This document shows positions 60,401-64,000 of a stretch of 64,000 nucleotides of DNA, piece after piece; the stretch's first letter is position 1; the number at the start of each line of letters is the position of its first letter. The notes beneath the pieces were generated by a model. It was not told the origin of the DNA, did not search any database, and saw only the letters and a list, made by a program, of their open reading frames with translations. The position numbers and the translations under genes are program-made. Source of the DNA: Octopus bimaculoides (taxonomy: Eukaryota). Where the stretch lies: assembly GCF_001194135.2 (NCBI RefSeq), contig NC_068983.1:158176413-158240412 (forward strand), given 5' to 3'.

Positions 60401-61755
60401 TGACAAAAGCTGGTTCTTTTTTTGTTGTTTTTGTTAAACAGGTTACAGATATTAAATGACAGTTCATACAGACGACGGTGACTGATAACAATCGAATGAA
60501 GATGAAGTCAAAGAGAACGCAAGAGAAAATAAAGAAAAATGGCTGCTGTAATTGACGGGCGTATCTTTGGCTGGTAGTAATACTTCAGTTTAAACGTTCC
60601 TTATGCAGAAAGAATTGGAGCAGAACTCAACTCCATAAAATTTAATGCGAGCCAATAAGGGAGCTTCTCCATGATAGCTCCATTTGCTAGAAATAGAGGC
60701 TAAATCTTCTCACATATTTTACTATTTTAGACAATCCTCGACATACAACAAGGCATGACCACGGCTGAGACACTTTGATCATAGATTACAAAACTACTGA
60801 ATCGGAACTCAATGTGTATGTGTGTGTTTGTGCGCGCGTGTGTGTGTGTGTGCTTGTGCGTGTATACAATAAAGTAGGTGCTGACATAGTTGATGAAATA
60901 AGTCAGGAAATTTTGATTAATTATATTATATCTATGGTGATGATGTGGAAAAATAATCATTTTCATGTTTAAATCCGGGTTGACAACCGCGGAATTTTAA
61001 CTAAAAATTAAAGTGCAATGCAGAGTGAATCTGACCTTTGGCAATGTGGAAACAACCTCAGACATATTTCGCACCTATTAGACCTTATCAGCAGAAAACG
61101 GTCTAAACGCTATTGGAGGATCTTTAGAATGACTACGCAGATGAAAATATTCTAATCAGATAAAGAAATATAAATATTACACAAATACGTTTTTATTCAC
61201 TAAACTTGTATATCTTCTCTATTCATTCTAAGGTCCAGCAGAACTTTGGACTTTGCCGAAGTGGATTTACACATTGAAACACATCCGGAGTTTGCACCGC
61301 CAAGATGGCAAAGTGCATATAAGTCTTCACTGCATTCTATTTTTAATTAATTAGATAGAAAGAATGAACAAGCAAAACAAGTGATATCACTTTAGATCAT
61401 GTAATTTATAATTCAATCATAATCGTTGAGTAGTTAGAGTAAATAAGAGATTACGAAGTTATGCATAAAGTCTCTTACAGTTGTTTCTAGAATAGCTGTG
61501 CATATGACACATATCTCAATGAGCAAAATATTTCCATATAAAAGCCAACGACACCATCTTCAGAGAGGAAGGATTAAAGAATATCGTTAATAAAGGATAT
61601 TACTAGTTACCAGTTCCATCGTCGAAGAGGGAGTTGCTAGGCAGCTACAAGACCTCTTCTGCTTTGTTTTAGTGGTACATGTATACATGCATACATACAC
61701 ACAAGCATGCATACATGAATTCGTCCATCCATCCATCCCTCCATAAAAAATAATG

Positions 61756-61786
<31 letters not shown>

Positions 61787-62009
61787 TAATAATAATAATC
61801 ATTGGATGAAATTTATATTTTAATGCATCGCTACACGCGTTTCCACAAATTACATGTCTCTTAAGCTCACAGTCCATATTCCTGAGATGATTACAGTGTA
61901 GTCCGTAGTATCCGTGGGCATAGGGTAGATCATCTTCATGGATTCTTTTCTTCTGGTGATATGACATTAATGGATGTTTAACATACATACATACATACAT
62001 ACATACGTA

Positions 62010-63030
62010 CATACATATCAGACTGAGAAAAATATGGCAGTCAAAAATCTCTTACAACAAGGCAATATCCCACAATACATTTTCAGTACCAGTGCTGATT
62101 CCAAAAATCAGGATACTTGACTCGTTTGTAGAGGAAATCCAGTCCTTAGACATTAAAACCCACAAGATCCTGATCTCAACTGGAAACTTCCACAGAAACA
62201 ATGATATCGACAGGCTTAACTTAGGAAGGGATGAAGGGAGTTGAGGCTTGAATTCAGTGCAAGCAGCAAAACTAAATACATAAACTTAGACCTCTCATAC
62301 AACGCCAAAATACCTCAAAGAGGACCTGAATATGAAACTCTCAAAACACACACACACACACACACACAACATTATGTGTGGGTATGTTTCCCGAAGACCT
62401 GAAGTAGTCAGTAATACTGACATAGAGTACAGCCCCCTTGCACTCGTAACTGCTACATCACATTACATTTCGAAGGCTATACACTTGCAATTTAAGAACA
62501 GGAGATTGCTGCGAAATTCCTGATAAACATGAGACAGTGAAGCCCTTGGAGCTCCAAGCTGCAACCGAAAATATAGATCATGTCATATTTCTGTGGAAGA
62601 CATCACACATATGATTAACATCTGCCCAAAAATGTCATCACGGTACTACCTTCCTATGCGATACGACGTTGTCGTAAAAACAAAATACAATGTCATTCGG
62701 AAAAAAAGACTATTCTGGAATAAATATAGAGAATCCTTCTTTTATTGAAGACATACACAAACATCAACACAAGGAATACTGGTGGAACATTCCCATTAAA
62801 ACATCTGTCAAGTGTAAATATAACAGGCCGGAATTGTTGTTTAGGACAGACAAAAAATGTATGGATTATCATAGAAGTTAGCTCCCTCCTGATCTCTTCG
62901 AAAATCAAAGAGGAAGAGGATAACAACATACAACTGCCTGGAAACCTTCAACTTTTATATCGAGATTATAAATTCATACATTATAAATTATAAATTCATA
63001 TTTTTATCAGTAATATTTGGTGCACTTAGG
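62010..63030 (+). mobile_element. Decayed R4/Dong-type fragment (different subfamily)
   Basis: KIWQSKISYNKAISHNTFSVPVLIPKIRILDSFVEEIQSLDIKTHKILISTGNFHRNNDIDRL; VEDITHMINICPKMSSRYYLPMRYDVV; YWWNIPIKTSVKCKYNRP. Confidence 0.8.
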
Positions 63031-63370
63031 GCGGCGAGCTGGCAGAAACAAACGTTAGCAACCAGAAAGTTGATTTGAAGACTGCTGATCCAAGCCATCA
63101 CTGGAAGTCTAAAAATCTGTAAAACTTTCCAGAAGTTTATCATTTAAGTATATATGAGCATGTCTAGATATGCAAGTATATACTTGAAAAGACATGCGTA
63201 AAACAAAACAAACAAATCTGCATGTAGACATACATACATACAAACAAAAATACCCCGTTGTTGTAGAAATTCTAATGAAGGAGACTTGGATATAGGTTAG
63301 AAACTGGTTCTTTCTCTATTACCAAGAAATCTTGAAATAAAACTAATGACATACATATACGCACACAAAT

Positions 63371-63433
<63 letters not shown>

Positions 63434-63435
63434 TG

Positions 63436-63469
<34 letters not shown>

Positions 63470-63499
63470 CTTACATACATGCGTGTGCTTGTGTTTTTT

Positions 63500-63710
63500 G
63501 TCACCTCAACATCACTTGACGACTGAAGCTGGTGTGTTTATGTCACCGTAATCTAGCGGTTTGGCATACGGACCCGATAGAATAAGTATTAGGCTTGCAA
63601 AGAATAAGTCCTGGGTTCAATTTCTTCGACTTAAGCCTCCTAAAGCGATGCTCCAGCATGTCTGGAATCAAAATAACTGATACATGTCAAAAAAAAATAA
63701 GAGAATAAAA
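63500..63710 (+). mobile_element. SINE-C 3' half
   Basis: ggtgtgtttatgtc.ccgtaa.ctagcggttt...ccgatagaataagta...aagtcctggg...gcgatgctccagcatg. Confidence 0.75.
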
Positions 63711-63914
63711 ATACACACACACACACACACACACACAAATACACATAATGTGATATCATTCCACATGATTTCATTACCAGTTTCTTTCCTCTACACATTT
63801 TTTCTCTCTTACATTCCCGTTATAATATACGATTAACTTTCATTTCAGACATACACACAAGAGTAAGGCCAAAAACAATGCGAAGTAAATGCAAGGTAAA
63901 TCATAAGAAAACAA

Positions 63915-63951
63915 ATATGTGAATTAATATATGTATGTGTATATATGCATG

Positions 63952-64000
<49 letters not shown>
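63915..64000. repeat. (TA)n microsatellite to the window end
   Basis: Directly visible. Confidence 0.95.

Noticed and set aside
1-64000. Hammerhead ribozyme or retrozyme cores
   Set aside because: A manual scan for CTGANGA...GAAAC on both strands found no convincing instance. It was not exhaustive; an Infernal/RNAMotif search would be decisive.

Overview
This is an AT-rich, repeat-saturated eukaryotic draft-assembly window. It has eight N gaps: 271-823, 1962-2564, 10705-10804, 18676-18864, 20207-20269, 27064-27146, 38389-38823 and 56019-56413. The microsatellite density and the SINE types suggest a coleoid cephalopod, probably Octopus; this is inference from pattern recognition, not a database result. 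I could not confidently identify a host protein-coding gene, true tRNA/rRNA gene or CRISPR array. Most ORFs in the supplied track are microsatellite translations, gap read-throughs or decayed transposon frames. Supported content: (1) about 40 SINE copies in three local families (my labels SINE-A, -B, -C), several with 9-17 bp target-site duplications (TSDs); (2) about ten fragments of R4/Dong-type restriction-like-endonuclease (RLE) non-LTR retrotransposons, most packed on the minus strand between 26.7 and 40.9 kb and mostly abutting (TAA)n arrays; (3) decayed Tx1/L1-type and RTE-type LINE pieces; (4) two decayed mariner elements plus mariner-, Tigger- and hAT-type MITEs. Unexplained structures: a ~560 bp non-coding element found only inside (ATT)n arrays, a hairpin-rich duplicated module at 44.9-45.4 kb, a 90 bp hairpin insertion, two large inverted repeats and a few exon-like segments. 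I see no strong evidence of a new biological system. The best leads are the SINE-tail/TAA-target/Dong nesting pattern, the TAA-embedded element and the 45 kb module. Repeat coordinates are approximate (about +/-20 bp) unless a TSD or terminal inverted repeat (TIR) is quoted.
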